Shown here piece after piece: positions 1 through 15,196 of a DNA stretch of 64,000 bases. The stretch is taken from contig CM082583.2 of assembly GCA_040954595.2 (NCBI GenBank), positions 6,880,849 to 6,944,848 on the forward strand, given 5' to 3'. Position 1 is the stretch's first letter, and each line of letters begins with the position of its first letter. The notes under the pieces were generated by a model. That model was given only the letters and a program-made list of their open reading frames with translations, was not told the DNA's origin and did no database searches. The translations under genes were made by a program, and so were the position numbers. Source of the DNA: Balanoglossus misakiensis (taxonomy: Eukaryota; Animalia; Hemichordata).

Positions 1-3000
1 CCACGTGGAAAGTCGCTACTTCGGCGTGCCATGATGACAGAGTCCATTTGCGGGGGAAAAAAAACAACACTGTCAGTTTTCATTATTTCTAACTGTTCCA
101 CTGATTCCTGGCTCAGGTGCAGCTACGCCGTGGACATTGTTTGCAGCGGGGTTATGTTTTACTGACAGAACCTGGACTTGGTAATTTACAATCTCGTATG
201 GCAGAGTTAGGTCATTAAAGATGCACTCCCACGAGTGCTGTAAACCGCTGCATGCAGTCTTGCCTGACTCATGATGAAGTGGAGAGCTTCCTTTCCTTTT
301 CCCATTGTCGGTACAATCGCGAATTTGTTTTAACATTCAGCTCTCTTCAAAGAACTCTTGTGAGTCAGAGATACCAGTCGTTGACCGTAAATTCTCAGAA
401 AGGGTATTTCAGAGATAATCAAAACCCCATGCTCGTTGAATAAAATGGGGCTTTAGTCAGTCCTGATCGGTTTATTTCCCCATGATAGTCAATCCCCCAG
501 ACAAATCATAAAAGTTCACATCCCCAAGCTGTTTTCACCTTGAACGCTAGACGCTACACAACGGCTGTTGACAGCAATATGTTAAAAGGAAATGAAATCA
601 CAAGGACTTTCTTTTTACAGTGTAATGATGCATGTAAACTGTATCAGCTCTGGAGGAGGGAGTGATTTTTCACTTCCGAGGATTTGGGGCCGGAGATGGA
701 CAGCCAGGCTGGTGTGGCAGTGGCCTAATGAAGATGTATGTTTAGTGGGAGAGTTTGCTTGTTTGGACTGGAAAACCGGTATATCACCAATTACATGTTC
801 GGAGGGGAACCATGCATGGAGGATTAATATACCTTGGGGGGTTTGCCCAACAATGTGTGTGCTGTCTTTGCTGAGTCTAAACTATCATGTCCCCTTTTGT
901 TTTGACAGTGTACAGTGTGTCTACACTGGTGTGAAAAGTGGGAGGGGAGAGCCATTGAAAGGCAATTATCAGAGAGTTAATCATTATTATTCTCCTTTAT
1001 CCCAGCAATACCATCTGGGTACCTCTCTCTCTCTTTTCAGTCATGTCCCCCCAGGGGATTTGAGATGGCTCATCAGTGACAAATTGCACCCTGAGTGTTA
1101 TTGAACAATCGCTGTGTAATAAAAATTCCCAGTGAATATTTTCAGTTTTAGTGATGTGTGTTGCCTCTTTTAGCTTAATAATCCCTCTTGCTGGCAAAGA
1201 TAATCTTCTAAAAATAACTTTCCCCAAATTCACCTCTCTCGTCCCCAAGAGCTTGTTCTAGGAAATACACAATTGGTGATACCCAGGTGATAACCTCAGC
1301 AAACCTGTCTGATGTAGGGCTTCAGTATAACGAATTGGAAAAACACACATGGTCTGAAATTGCCAGCATCCTTGATAGTAGAGGCCATTACCCGGGATAC
1401 CATTTTCCAGTATATTTTAATTTGCAGGCTTTTATGGGATAATTCACTTTTTATGTGGCAGTCAGTATTGCAACCGCAGGATAGAATGATACAGGGTCCA
1501 CCAAACAGTTCTGCCTTTAAAAATATTGAATTGCAACACCAGACTGACAAATGATACTAATTTTTTTTGGTTGTGTCCAATTTCAAATGATATAATTATA
1601 AACACAAGGCCAGACAGCCATGTCATTGATTAACATGCAAGGCAGTGTATGACCTAGGGCAAATCATAAGTGACTGTAGTATTATTTCATTAAATATTCA
1701 CTTTATTATCATGGATGACAGGACAGTGTATTTATAATTACATTATGGGATGGGGTCGTTGTCTTAAAAAGACCAAGCTAGCTGGACCACCATGTTTGCT
1801 GTTTGTATCTGACTGTAATTTTGGAAGAAGGGGCCCTGATCGCAGATATCACTTCGCAAAATCTCATCAATATCGCTCTTACCGCAAAGAAAAAAAGTGA
1901 CTCAAAAGGCAAGGAGTATCATATCAAATTAAAGACATAATCATTAATTAAACTGCAGTGCTATCCTCGATATCAACCTCAGTAATTTGCTACTTTGGGT
2001 GTTTTCCATATCAATCACGGGTGATATTCCCAAGTGGGTTTTCGTTTCTCGTGGTGTTAATTTTGTTTGCCATTTACAAGTGTGTTTTGCTATCCACATA
2101 GCAATAATGTTGTATTATGGATTAAATATTTTCCCTCACTGGACACATTTACATTATCAATGATTAAACAGCTGTACAAGTGGTTTATTCAGAACACTCA
2201 ACAAGTACAATTATCCAATTTCCATCACTGCGTTGAAGGATCTCATTGTTTGGTATTTGTGTTCTCCAGTCAGCATGGAAATTTTTAAGAAAATGGTGGC
2301 TGCCATTTTCTCATCACTGCTAATCTGTGAAAAGAAATTTCTTGTCATCGTAAACAAAATTCTTTAAAGAGCTGACTTTTATTAAAAATAATATTAAAAT
2401 ATTTATGTGTTACACATGCATTATTTTCAATAAATATAATCTGATCAACCTGCTAATAAAATTTTAATTACAATTCACAGTATTGTGAGACGTGTCAAAT
2501 TTATGCTGTTGAAGTTTTATTACTGAATGAAATTTACGTGTTTCTTGTTAATTTAAATTACTGGTTGTCTAAATCAATTTAATCAAAGCAGATTTATCAT
2601 AGTACATTCATTTGTGTGTACATACACATTCAAATAGTCTAAGTTTGTGTTTGAGATATAACATGTTTTATTAAAGTAGGGAAATAGCCTTCCATTCATT
2701 TTAATGTATCATTTATTTTTACAGCTGTTTTGAATATTTCTAAGATGTTATGAAAATATCAGAAGTGGCGGGTTGGCTTGATTGTCCAGAGTCAGGAGTG
2801 ATGCGTGTATATATATCTGTCCATCCGTGTAAGCTTGTGTACACAGTGTGATGATGGTGTTCAGTATTTGAACATTGCTGGATGAGGAGGCTGTTCATGT
2901 CCTATCGTAATAGATATAAAAAAAACACAGTAGCCAATGAAAACCTCAACCATGTCAGCTGGGAGATCATATCACGCACCTCAGTCAGTGATGGTAATTT

Positions 3001-6000
3001 GTTTGTTCGTCACCGTGGTCAACTTTGATCCCTGTCTATTAGTCATTCCGCCGGCGATACACACTATACACGCGTGGTCGTGGGTGCAGTCACCGAGCAA
3101 GGGTTGTTTTGACAGGCCATGTTGGCTTGGCACGTTGCGGTGAGTAAAATATGTGTACGCGCCGCGACGTATAATATGTCCGCCATAATAGCGTCATCAC
3201 ATGACATCAGTATTTCAGCAATGTCTGGTCACATTATGCTGGTCTGTCTAGTTTCATTGTGACCGCGTTTGTGGCATTTACCCTGGAAAATGTTCCCCAG
3301 TGTAAAAATAGCACTGTTATTTTTGTCTTTCATATACAGTTTTAAATTTCTCTTAAAATTTAACAGTACAATGGATTCTGTTTCGTCGCGACTTTTTCAG
3401 TGTGTTTTTATGACCAGTACTAAAATAGCAGCTGATATTGATGCTGACAGATCTGATACATGTATGTTTCTATATATTCTGTCTCTGATAAACAGTTTCC
3501 CGGGTTCGATGGTGTAGCGCTGTGAGTAGGTTGTGGTGCTGAGTAAAAGGCCCCTTAATTTGCAGCTGAGGCGCAAAAGATGGAAGAGCATTCCATTAAA
3601 AACATATGTGCTGTCATTTGGATGTCAAAATCTGTCGTATTACCGCACATGATCTCTGCTGGTATTACCGTATCAGCAGGGCCCATGCCGATGTTGTCAT
3701 AGTCTGGGCTATGCGAGAATTACTATGCCAGAATGCCCTACACTGCACTGGCCATGTTGTGTTTGATACAACCACACACTGAATGATTCTGTGGTGTCAT
3801 ATATTCTGAACTGCCTGGTTTACCATCATTCGTGGGCTGTGTAACAATGTCCGTTCGTAAATAATCAAGCCGTTGATCTCATAACACGAAGCCTATTCAT
3901 TATACACTGTATTGCTTTTATTTTCGAAAATGCTGCAAGCGGTGGAAAAAGGGATGCCAGCAGTTGTTTGTATTAATGGTAACTGATGGTTTTAGATTCC
4001 TTTGTATACACTATTGTGAAGAACAGGCTTCTATTAGTGTTTGTATTCTGTGGTCGCTCTTACTGGTTTTCAGGGGCTGTTGAGAGCCTCAGTATTACAG
4101 CTTTGCTGTTTACACCAGTCTATTAATAGGGCTTCTTTTAATGTGTCATTTGACATTGTAGGGGTATTAACTGCAAGCTGGCAGGCCCTGTCTCTTGTTA
4201 GCGATGTATCCAGCGAATTTGTGGTGTGGCGGGCCTCTGGAATGCGAGTGTCGCGACCTTTCCTTTGACTGATACAGCTGACCTTCCGCGCTTGAAATAA
4301 ATATCAGGTGCAAACACACATGGGAGTGCCCTGCTGCATTGTTTGGTGGCTTAGAATTTAATGTGTTTATAACAAGTACATACCGCATGTAGAGTCTGGA
4401 GAGGTTTGGGGCAATTATCTGCCGAATCTTGTGGTCTTGTCCCACCGCATTCAGACCGGGCTGTATTGCGGTGTTAAGTGCTTGCCTTTGTCTGTGTAGG
4501 TTTTTTACAGTTCACAGAATTTTAAAAACAGCCCTCGAAGTAAACCACTCAAGATTTTCTTCCTTACCCTTTTTAAAAAAAATACTTGATGTGGCCATGG
4601 CAACTTGAAGTCGATGTTATTCATCATGCCATCCATAGAACAGGATTGATGATAGGTGTTTCCAATTAAACCTAAAATTTATGTCCCGCGATGTTGAGAT
4701 AAACAGAACAACCAACGTTCCCATCAACCAAGTGAATTCAACTATCGAAATAATTCCCTCTTTAAAATTTCAATATCCCAAAGCAAATCATTTCTTAAAT
4801 TTCAAGTCATGAAATAATAATGTATATTTTGATAGTAAATTTAAATTGTCTATTTCGATAAGGTATGAAATAGCTGTATAAGTCTCCTCAGTAAATGTCA
4901 ATTTCTTATGTAATGCAGTAATGCTTGTTACTACATCTTAAGCATGTTCATTCATTGTGACAGGAAAGCACGGAGACTGGGAAATATTACCTTTGGCTTT
5001 GTCATGGAAAATTTCCATTTATTTTTATTACAACATACCAATAAATCACTCTGCGCAACAGGGCATATAAAAATGATATATAGTCCTGTCAAACACTTAT
5101 TACCAGCTAGTGAAATATACACATTATTGCCAATATGGAATATTGTGTCATGAAATTATCAGAAATATTTAGTAGACACATGAAATAACCCAATAAATTT
5201 TTAAATCTAAATCAACTTTTTTAATCTGCGAAAACAGTAATGTTATTTCACACTAGGGGTTCAAAGATGTTTAATGTGCGTTGTCTGGGTTTTATGCTTC
5301 GGTCAATATATCTTTATTTTGAAAAACCAATATACCGGATTCGACATAGTTACAGAAATTGGCTCGTATTCCCTAACTCAGTGGAAGCTGTTGTGTTTTA
5401 TGTTCACAGAGCTGGTTATCGTAAATTATCTTTTAGTGTGCAGTTTCCCGATATATTGACTTTACTGCTTAGCACAACTTAGAATTATCATTTGGAGATG
5501 TTAATGGTTTCGTTGGGGGGAGGGGGGGGGGGTGCAGCTTTGCATTAATTATTGAAAAACAATTAGCAGCTAATCCTAGATATGTACATGTAATATTTTT
5601 CCCTCGTGCCAGTCAGACATATTAGACAATTTTATGCTTCATTTATTTTGGACTTTGTACTATTAGAATATAACAAAAAACGGAAAGAGACACCATTGTC
5701 ATGCAGTTAATTTGTTTAATTGAGCCTGCAAAATATGTGTAAATGAAATATGTTACATAAGACTGCATAACACGCTGTGATATTAAATCTATAATTTCAA
5801 AAAGAGTAAATGTAATTACAAAGTTGATTTAGTTTTTTTTTTATGATGACCTTTAACCCCAGTTATGGGAAATTTTTAAGTATAAAGTAAAAGTGTGTGT
5901 AGGAGGTGTACACTCGTGTATACAGATACACACTCGCGTATATACAGGCTCGGCAAGTTTCAGTATCTATCCAGGTCACCTCTGTACCATTGGGAGTATC

Positions 6001-9000
6001 ATGCCCTTTTTGAAACAGAGACATGGTACAATGCATCCTCAATTAAACCTGTATGAAAACAAATTTGATCAGCACATTCCTGGCAGGCAGAGACAACTCC
6101 CTGGCGCATGTCGACTGCGGAGATCTCTTGGATTGAACTCTAATTAGATTGTATACCGTGTGCTCCATCACATTATCCAACTGTCAACTATCTGGTACAG
6201 ATTGAGAAAACCGTTACAACTCTACACTAAACTAGAGTATCATTAGCAGTATTCTATACTTGTTCTCTCATATCAATTAATAGGAATTTAATCCTCTGAG
6301 AAGATTGAACCAGCTGCCGGTTTTAGTCGTGTCATGTATGTCTTCTTGTATCGTCATGGCAACAAGCAGTTTTTTTTTCATTCAGATATTGTACACACAC
6401 GTGTTCCACATTATAATCGTTTTGAACAAAATATGCCTGTAATTATTATTTTCAGAAAGGCATAAAAACAGGGCAGTAAATAGACATAAATAGTGCTTTG
6501 TTTACGACAGAAATTGTGGCATTCCAAGAACTTGGGCAAGAAGTGGGGTCAGGGTAGGTTATGAGCAGTCCCAGTGCAAATTGGCTGAAATCAATCCTTG
6601 TTTACTGACAAGGAAGAATTCACATGCAACCTTCAGCTTTTCCAGTAACAGGAACTCTTTACTGATGAAAGTAGGCCGCCTGGTGTCAGTTACTGGCATT
6701 TCGGGTCAAAGGTCGACAGGTTCATTTGTTTTCCATGAGAAATTTGTCGCCGTGCTGTGCGGGTCTGGTTACCTGAAGCCGCGCTGAGAATGCAGATCGC
6801 TCTTTCTGTCTTGGAATATTTTTTCTCTCTCACTTAATACAAAGTCAGAGCAGATATTCATTTTTGTAGGGAGGAAAAAGTGCTTAAATTTGCTGTGAAA
6901 GATGAAATCAAATTACTGAAACATTGGAAAGCATCAACATGTGCAGTATGTATCTCTGGTATATTGACATACATATAGTGCATTTGAATTGTGTGAATGC
7001 AGTAGACGTTTTGACATGAATGAAAGTAAAAATGACAAGAAAATGAGGAAGTTTATCTCATTATCGACAATTCTGAGAGCGGGAGACAATCATGTAGAAT
7101 TGTGTTTACTTCTAGAGTGGCTCATTTTCTACTGCAAATGGCTGGTTATTATATACCCCGTGTGATGCGGAATTCAAAAAGTTGAATTTGTTCAACATCG
7201 TGGCGTCCAGGTAATTTCCTTGTAAGGGGTTATTTCATTGGTTACTGAATTACCAGGCATCCAATCAGCATGGTTGTTTCGTGTGGCACATCACCAGTAA
7301 TAGAAAAGTACGACCTGTTGGCGAGATGATAAGGCAAGAGCTGTAAAGATCACTCGGTGGAATAGCCATGCATATATTTTGGGGGAAAAACTCATACAGC
7401 ATTACGAGGCACAAATTTATACCACAGTGCAGAAACCACTGTGATTTATTTGATCCTTACAAATTATCAGATGGAAGACTGACTCGATGTTATTTTGGAT
7501 GGATACGTAAGTCGACAATTTGAAATTTATTGCTGGTCCTCTTTATGATACAATGATGTTAAATTTGAAAAGATTACATTATTTCAATATATTACAGCCT
7601 GTCATACGAAGGGGTACTTTGCCAAGAGATTTATGAGTCATCTCCATGGCGATGCAAGCATTGGACTGATAGCTCTGTATCACTTAGGTAGCCACTCAAC
7701 ACAACTTTTAAAGGAAAAATTAATCTTTAATCGATTTCAGTCAAACATTCCTGGTAAGTCTGGCGCTAAAACGGATGGAAGGATTAAGCATGTTTAAGAA
7801 GGCTTCAAAATGAAATGTTCGTGGAATCCCAATAAGATTGCTATTGGGTAAATACCCTGTCCCTTTTGGGGAAAACAAAATGAGAAATGGCTTCACATAA
7901 AAGAGATTCTGCTGTGAGATAATATTAAGCATTGTGATCGAGTAGTTGTATAGGTCGGTTGCGAAATTATTTGTGTGTTAGTGAAATTGTTCACAGATTA
8001 GCGGAACAAGTGATAAGACGTCTATCTCTTAAACTAGGGGATGCAATAAATTATTGCAAACTTAATGCCATCGTAACCTATGCTATGCTCTATCATCCAG
8101 TAACTTCACATGTACCGTACCATACGGATCATTCAATATGTATGCAAAGTAACATACTCATTTCTGTTGTCAGGGGTTCTTGATGCAAAAGGGTGTAGTG
8201 TACGTAAGCTCTATTTTGAGGAAAGTCACTATGACAGTTATTATATCGCCAAAGTTTGAATGAGGAAACATCACCTGTTTGACAACACACTGCTATGACA
8301 TTCCACTGATGCAGAAAAACCAAGAAAATTTCTCTTCTGACAAAATAAAGATACAAGGAAATTTATGCAACTTCCCTGAGTAAAGAAGTTTCCAAAATAA
8401 TACATGTTAGAGGGCACACTGCTCAATTAACCTGCTCTTGGAAAATCCAAGATGGCAGCCGCAGTAAACTGTAAAAGCGGAAAATTGAAGATCTTATGTT
8501 ACATCGCCAATATTAGGCCATTTATCTTCACCCTTTTTAGGGGACTTCATGCAAACTGGAATGTGGCAGCAAAGGATGAGATGTAGATCACATTTATTAT
8601 TGATGAAAGATCTGTCTCCATGGCGCATTTGCATCACTTGCATCCTCCGGAAACCCGCGTAGATTCTAGCAGACTCACCGCCGTAGGCGAGAGCAACTCA
8701 CCACTTAGAGTAGCAGCGATGCATTTTCAACTAGGCACACCAAGGAAATTAATTCATTCTATATTTATGGAGACTTTAGTTGTATGTTTTATTAGCTTCT
8801 GAGGATCGCACACACACACTGCGGAACACATATCGTAATGCTGTCTGACTTGTATTATATCTCTGTCTGTGGTTATCTACGTCTGTTTTGTGTCATCAAT
8901 ATTTCAAGAACTACCTGTTGGCTAGAAAGAAAATTGGATACGCTAAGGTGAAACCTATGGCATTCCATGATTCATTCATTTGCAGTTATAAACACAAGGA

Positions 9001-12000
9001 CATTTTTAGATTAAATGTGTGTTTCTCCCAAAGAGGACCACAGACAAAATGGGCAGACAGGCAGAGCAGAGAATTAGCATTTCAAAGTGAACCTGCTTGC
9101 AGAGGGGTTTCCAGTCTGTAGTTCTGTTTATGTCTGGAGAGATGACCTCACTGAAGTCTTGTGGTTTGTGTGATAAGAAACCCAACTGCGAGTCAGAGGA
9201 AATTCTGTCTCCCCACAGTCTGCATATCAAGGATATGTTATCATGGCTATTCAGACTACACTACAATGTTAGTATGTGGATTTACCTGGGCATGTATATC
9301 TCCCTGTTAATGATGTTTGCTCTCTTTGGCCAAATGACAGCAGTGATGTACAATATAAATGTCTTTGCTGAGGTTGGGGAACATCGGCTATTGATTTGGA
9401 AACTCTTCTGCTTGAATGACTCCATTTGATAAGAGGAACCTGGTGAAATAACTGGGGGAACGTACCCCGGTAGCATTTAGATTTACCTACATGTAGGTAT
9501 TGCCCTTTAACCACTGACTAATTATCATCCTATGTTGCCATGACAACTGTATCTTATGATAATCTCTATCATTGCCAATCTAAAATCTTAATATTTATTT
9601 TAGTTTTCATCATCTTTATGACTGACAAGATATGTTGAATCATGTTAAATAATGGTATGTTAAGATATAGTTTTATGTCTAGTAAAAATGTGCTATTTTA
9701 AAAAATCAATCTACGTACATGAGCGATCTACCGGTACATGTATACTAGCAATGATAAAAATAGGTTTATTGCTGGGAACTTGCAAATATCAATTGTTATT
9801 ACAAAATTTTCAAAGGTTCAAAGGTCATCAACCACATAAAATGTATTTTGCAAATAAAAATGAAAATTCGACTATATAGGCCATATCAGTCTGAAAGCAG
9901 CCAAATATTAAAATCCTAAAGGACAACTATTCTCTTTTCAAAAACAAACAACCAGTTTTGCAGGTACCGTTCTTTATTAAAAATTGATATGTTTTTACTA
10001 TTTTTGTACAGGGCTATTTTTGAGTTGATTTCGGGAACACGGCACTTTTACAGACTTGTAATTTTGTCCTAATGGAAAACAAAAAAAGATGGATGGACCT
10101 ATTAAGTTATAAATATCACCTTGTCAAGGGGAAAACCAACAGTGGCCGCGTGTGATCAGATCGTTCTGGCATGCTGGACGGCAAATTCCAGTGCTTTTGA
10201 AAAGAGGGTTTTAAAGACTCGGTAATTACTGTAAATTGTGGGCAAAACATGCAATGTGAAGTAGATGTGTCAGTCATTGTTGTAGTGTACTCAGATGAGA
10301 ACACCGCAGATTGTCGCGCCCGTTCCGTATTGTGCCGTAATTAGAATTGAATACCTCGGTGCTTGCTCCCTGTGAACAGCATCGCTAGGCAACCGATGCT
10401 GAAGGATATAGAAATTCACATCAGTCACACACGGCCCCCAGTCTGAGCATGCATCTAGAATCGAACAAACATTACACATTCATCATCATTTTATGCCAGG
10501 GTTAAATTTCTTATCATGTACAGTACAGGAATTTTTGATTATATAGAAATGTGTAATTAGAATTTGTGAAGGGAATAATATAAAGAGGTGGTGGAAGGAC
10601 ACATGACCATCTGTCATTGTGCCTCAGTACAGCTCAGAGATATGAAGACACAAAAAAACAGTATATATCATATACTTTTTAGTGATTAAATACTGTAAAT
10701 AAATGCTATCAATTTATAGGATAACTCATGAGCTTTTGACACTTATTTTTGACGATCCTATCCTGCTGGATATTAATAATTTACGATACGCTTTATATTC
10801 TCTCACGTAAACAAATAATTCCATTTATGTATTGATATTGGGTAATTCATCAGATAAAATAATCCTTGTAAAAGTATGTATTTGGTTTGAAATCAGTAGT
10901 GTGTGCGCGTGTGTGTTATTTACATATAGGAAACAGTCTTGCCAGTACTCTGGGTTTTTTATTTGTAGACAGGTGATGAGTCAGTATGGTAAAATACTGA
11001 ACCTAATTTTTTTTTACGTGTTTTTTCCGTCCATCTCAGGTTAGTCTTTCCCTGCCACTGCATGTGCATTGTGTCACGTTTAAGCGTAGGCGTTCTAAGA
11101 AATTCATGCAGTACTGTTGACCTCTGCTCCACATATGTTGTGATCATTTACTGTAAAATGCCTCAGAAAAAAAACAGGATATTTAACACCGCTAGTGTTC
11201 CTTTCAGTAGCAGTTTCCATATTTCAGTGATTTATAAAAGGCAAGTATTTCAAGTAAATTAAATCTTAGGATGGATAAACACTGGTGGTGTATAGTCGAA
11301 AGGGCTCCATCAGCAACTCGCTCGGAGTGATTAATTATTCAGCCAATAGGAATCTTCGACTTGTGCAGTGAAGGAGACAGAGGCTGTTGAACTCTCACCC
11401 CACACGTATTCAAACGACTTTCTGCGATAGCTCAGTGTTTCGTGATAGGCTGGAAACCTGACGGTTGCGAGAAAGGTTGGATGTGAATGCCGCCACATGT
11501 CATTGTGTGTACTGTAGCACATGTTCAGTGCCTCATGGTATTCACAGAATGTGAAAATATTCAGGTAAACGTCGCTCTTGTATTTTGAGTGATAGAGCTG
11601 GAGCAGTGTGTGACGGATCCCGGATTCTTTTGTCGCGTTTGAAACGGCTTAATCAAGATAACTGGATGATTCAAGCACTTGTGTGTGCGAACTTATCAGA
11701 ATTCGACCATTTAGATTTGTTAAAAGCGCACAGCGGGAGGCCCTGAGCTACTGTCGATGTTAAAGAATGTAGGGCAGTGGCCCTCGAAAAACCTCGCCAT
11801 GTCCTATCGGGTTTTACCGAAGGGCATCCACTGATGCACACGCTGCGCCGCGGTTGACACCGCTTTAAAAAAAAAGGTGTGTACCTTGCGGAAATCGGTG
11901 AAACCCTAGACAGGCAAATTGTGACAGGCAGCAAAGCCACACTGGAAATTCCATCTCTGTTTGACAGCATAATAGACCCCGATGATGGGGACATGGGAGC

Positions 12001-12162
12001 TCTCACGACTCGTGTACTCTCCCCTCTGATTAAAAAGCCAATAATCGAGAAGGGATGTATCACAAAGCCTTGCCTAATGTCCTGACTGCTACCTTGAATA
12101 ATAGAAAGGTGTCTCGGTATCGCGAGTGTTTTCTCTCTCGTTCCCAAATGCCACATATCGCG

Positions 12163-12207
12163 GTTTCCGTGGCAACACATTATCATCCCCCCGGTCGCTA
12201 TGGCAAC
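12163..12207. promoter_or_regulatory. Pair of RFX X-box-like motifs in a CpG-enriched intronic patch
   Basis: gtttccgtggcaac (12163-12176) and gtcgctatggcaac (12194-12207) resemble the X-box consensus GTNRCC(n)RGYAAC. Function untested. Confidence 0.4.
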
Positions 12208-15196
12208 CAGCTGGGAATTTCCTCCTTTTGATATCTGCATTTGTGCGTTGGCCGCGGTGTGAGGAGAAAGCCTGAGAGATTGACAACGATTGGTATTTTG
12301 GTATTTGCATAACATTTAAATAATAGTCGGATGAAGAGCATGAGTGCGGCGGCGGGGGCTTTTTTTTCCTGCAATCTGCTTTTGTTGCTACATAGACAGA
12401 GGTTTTCATAATGGAATGTTGTTGTGTGCGGAATGACAGCACTTCAACTCTCTTCCCCCTGAGGCTGGCCTGCACCTGATTGTCATGCTGTAGGTATAAC
12501 AACTACACAATGATTTTTTTTGATTAACAACTGAATGCTCCTATTATCGATGTAGCCGGTGATCTGTCATATCACTGTTCATTTCAAGTCACCGTGAAAA
12601 GAGAGTGGCGTTCTCAACAGCTCTCTCATCAGCATTGATTTCATCAGGTACATCTCGTCAGTGGCTGTCTTAATGTTAAATATTATGCAGGTTAAATTGA
12701 TAGGGTGATCGGGCATGTTGAGCATGTGAAATGAATACTTCCTATACTGGCTCTGTAACAGTTGTACTCTGAATGCCATCTTGAAATAATCTACAAGCGT
12801 TTAACGGTTGCTCTGTCTTATTATTACAGTGTCGTTACATTATATTTCAGGCATTAATTATATTTTATGAACAGCCATTCATCCTTAGTATTTTCATAAA
12901 ATACATTTTAAACTATAGATATGGAAATGAGGTCATTTTTGTAGATAATTGGGTCATAAATGTAATTAAATCTTACTACTTATTTGCCTATTTTGTTTTC
13001 ATTTATATAATTAATTGGTTGCAGTATAAATCTTTATAGATTTGATGTGTTTTTTCTGCCATGCAATTGATGCTGCTGGTGTTGTGTGTCTCCCACAATA
13101 CCATCAATGATTTTGTTTGATTTCACCTTTTGTACCACCTGAAAGGAGCCTTAATTCTTTACCAAACCAGGCATCTTGAAAATTACACCAACATTAAAAC
13201 AACAAAATTTGAATATCGCAAGTCCTTTGCTTCTGTAGGACGCTGATTTCGCGGGCTAGTATCTGAAAACATGTACAATGTACATGAACGTGTAGCTTTT
13301 AGTGTCGTGAGTTGTGGTCTGGTAAATAATCCATGATAGTGATTTTAATCGCAGGAGGGCCACATCTTTGTTGTATTTCAATTGCACCTGGCCATTTTCA
13401 TTTGGATGAGAATTTTTGCAGCTGATACAAAGTGTATTTACCTGAAAAGGTCACCAGTAAACATGTCTTACACCACGTGTCTCAAACAAGCAAGATATCT
13501 GTTCCCTTTTTGGTCATTTCAACAATTTTGTGGATGACAGTTTTATTTGGATTTCAAGGAAATAGCAAGGGAATCGGTGTGAACCAGTGTCTGGCCATAT
13601 TGGTTTCTACAGCACATTGATGACAGAGTTGTGCATCCTGTTGTGTGTCACGCCAGTCTGTGTGCAAATCCATCACATCAGAATGGAAAACACAAATTTA
13701 AGCGGATGAAAGCTGACAGGTAACTGAGTGGCTGGAGCAAATGACAGGATTAAACTATGCACTCAGAGTAACATGACATTCAAGTTGCTTATAAATACAT
13801 GATGTCGATAGTTTTATTATGAAAATGCTCCTTGAAATGTGGTGTTGGTTGATGCGTAAAGTATGACATGTCATTCATGTACATGGCAAGATGAAGTGCT
13901 ATTCACTTTGTCGTGCATCCATTTTGTTCTATATAAGTCACTATGCGTTGTCCTCCGCACAGTGCTCTCCTCCCCCCCCCCCCCCCTCTTTGCGACTCCT
14001 TGTGATTATGCTCACAACAAAGTGAGCAAGATGTGGGTATGTTGCAGTCACTTTAGACGGCCAATGTGGCGTGAAAAATTCAATTAGAGTGTTATATCGA
14101 TGCAGCTTTTAAGAGCGTGGTAATATTGAAAGCATGTTTACCAATGAATTGAGGCTGTGAACAATGCAGAAATTCAATTTCGGATGATGGTATTATTTTC
14201 ATCTCTGATTGCAAATGGCGTATTAGCTCCAGGTGATTTACCCAGGCAGTTAAATCGACTTTAAACGTTTCTGGTCCAGTCTGGCTCCATCAGACTCGAG
14301 AGTCGTTCGCAAATCTGAAAATTTAGCCCCAAATGAGTGTCTCTCGTATTTTTTTTATACTGTGGATGAGAGAAAACCGTTCAGCCTCGCGCTGATGTAG
14401 TTAAACAGCGTGTGTGGCAAAATGCCAACTTTCCGAGAGATTTTTTTTTTCTTTCTGTGCATAAGTCTGTCTGTGTGACATCATGCATTCAGAGGCGCAT
14501 TGCCATATATGGAAGGCGAAGTGATAAAGCCTGCTTGCCAGGATGTCTACAGGTTAGAACTGTGTCAGCGACACTTTTTGCAGCGTTTTGAAGCTCGACC
14601 TTCCCTGCCGGTGATGTCGAAATCCACCTCTTCAGATCCAGCAGCCATGAATAATGAATGGAGGATCTGTGTCTAGATTGAAACTCATAGCGTAAACAGA
14701 GGGGGAAAAGCGGCACGTTTTTTTTTTCTCCCCGATCTGGTGGATCATATTCGCCCGTCTTGCTCCCAGATGTCGACATCCATGCATCCATCTCCCTTGA
14801 ACTTGAACCCCAAAAGGTCTGCAGCATCCGTACCTAGTAACTGCTGCAAATCGTCACGTTTCTAGTTATCGAAACTGTCAACAGAGATCAGTTCACCACC
14901 GCATGATTTAGTACCTGTAAGGTGGATTGTCACACGCAGAGATGATATTGTAGCACTACTGAGAAAATGGCTGATTTACGCTTGCTGGAATGACCTTGTA
15001 TTTTTCTGCAGATTTTGATTAGGTTCCTGAGATATCAGAGCTCAACCCTAAACATCAGATACGAGTCTGTAATACCATTATTCACCCAGTATATTAATGC
15101 AATGTCATTCCCAAGAGCCAGATTAAAATAGTCTGCTAGATGTCGATTTTTTTACCCTTCCTGTAGATAATATTTTTTTCTCTCTCACTGTTGCAG

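Noticed and set aside
26-110. ATGATGA…CTGA as a possible C/D-box snoRNA
   Set aside because: No terminal stem or recognisable rRNA-complementary guide; such motifs are expected by chance.
592-1104. 170-aa plus-strand ORF as a possible ASH1L start exon
   Set aside because: W/C-rich random-looking sequence with no resemblance to an ASH1L N-terminus and no convincing phase-0 donor.
9484-9499. Perfect 16-bp palindrome tacctacatgtaggta and frequent TACATGTA
   Set aside because: TACATGTA is scattered through the window with no positional pattern; probably background or repeat-derived.
11671-12315. 214-aa minus-strand ORF
   Set aside because: No recognisable domain or composition; explained by locally higher GC.
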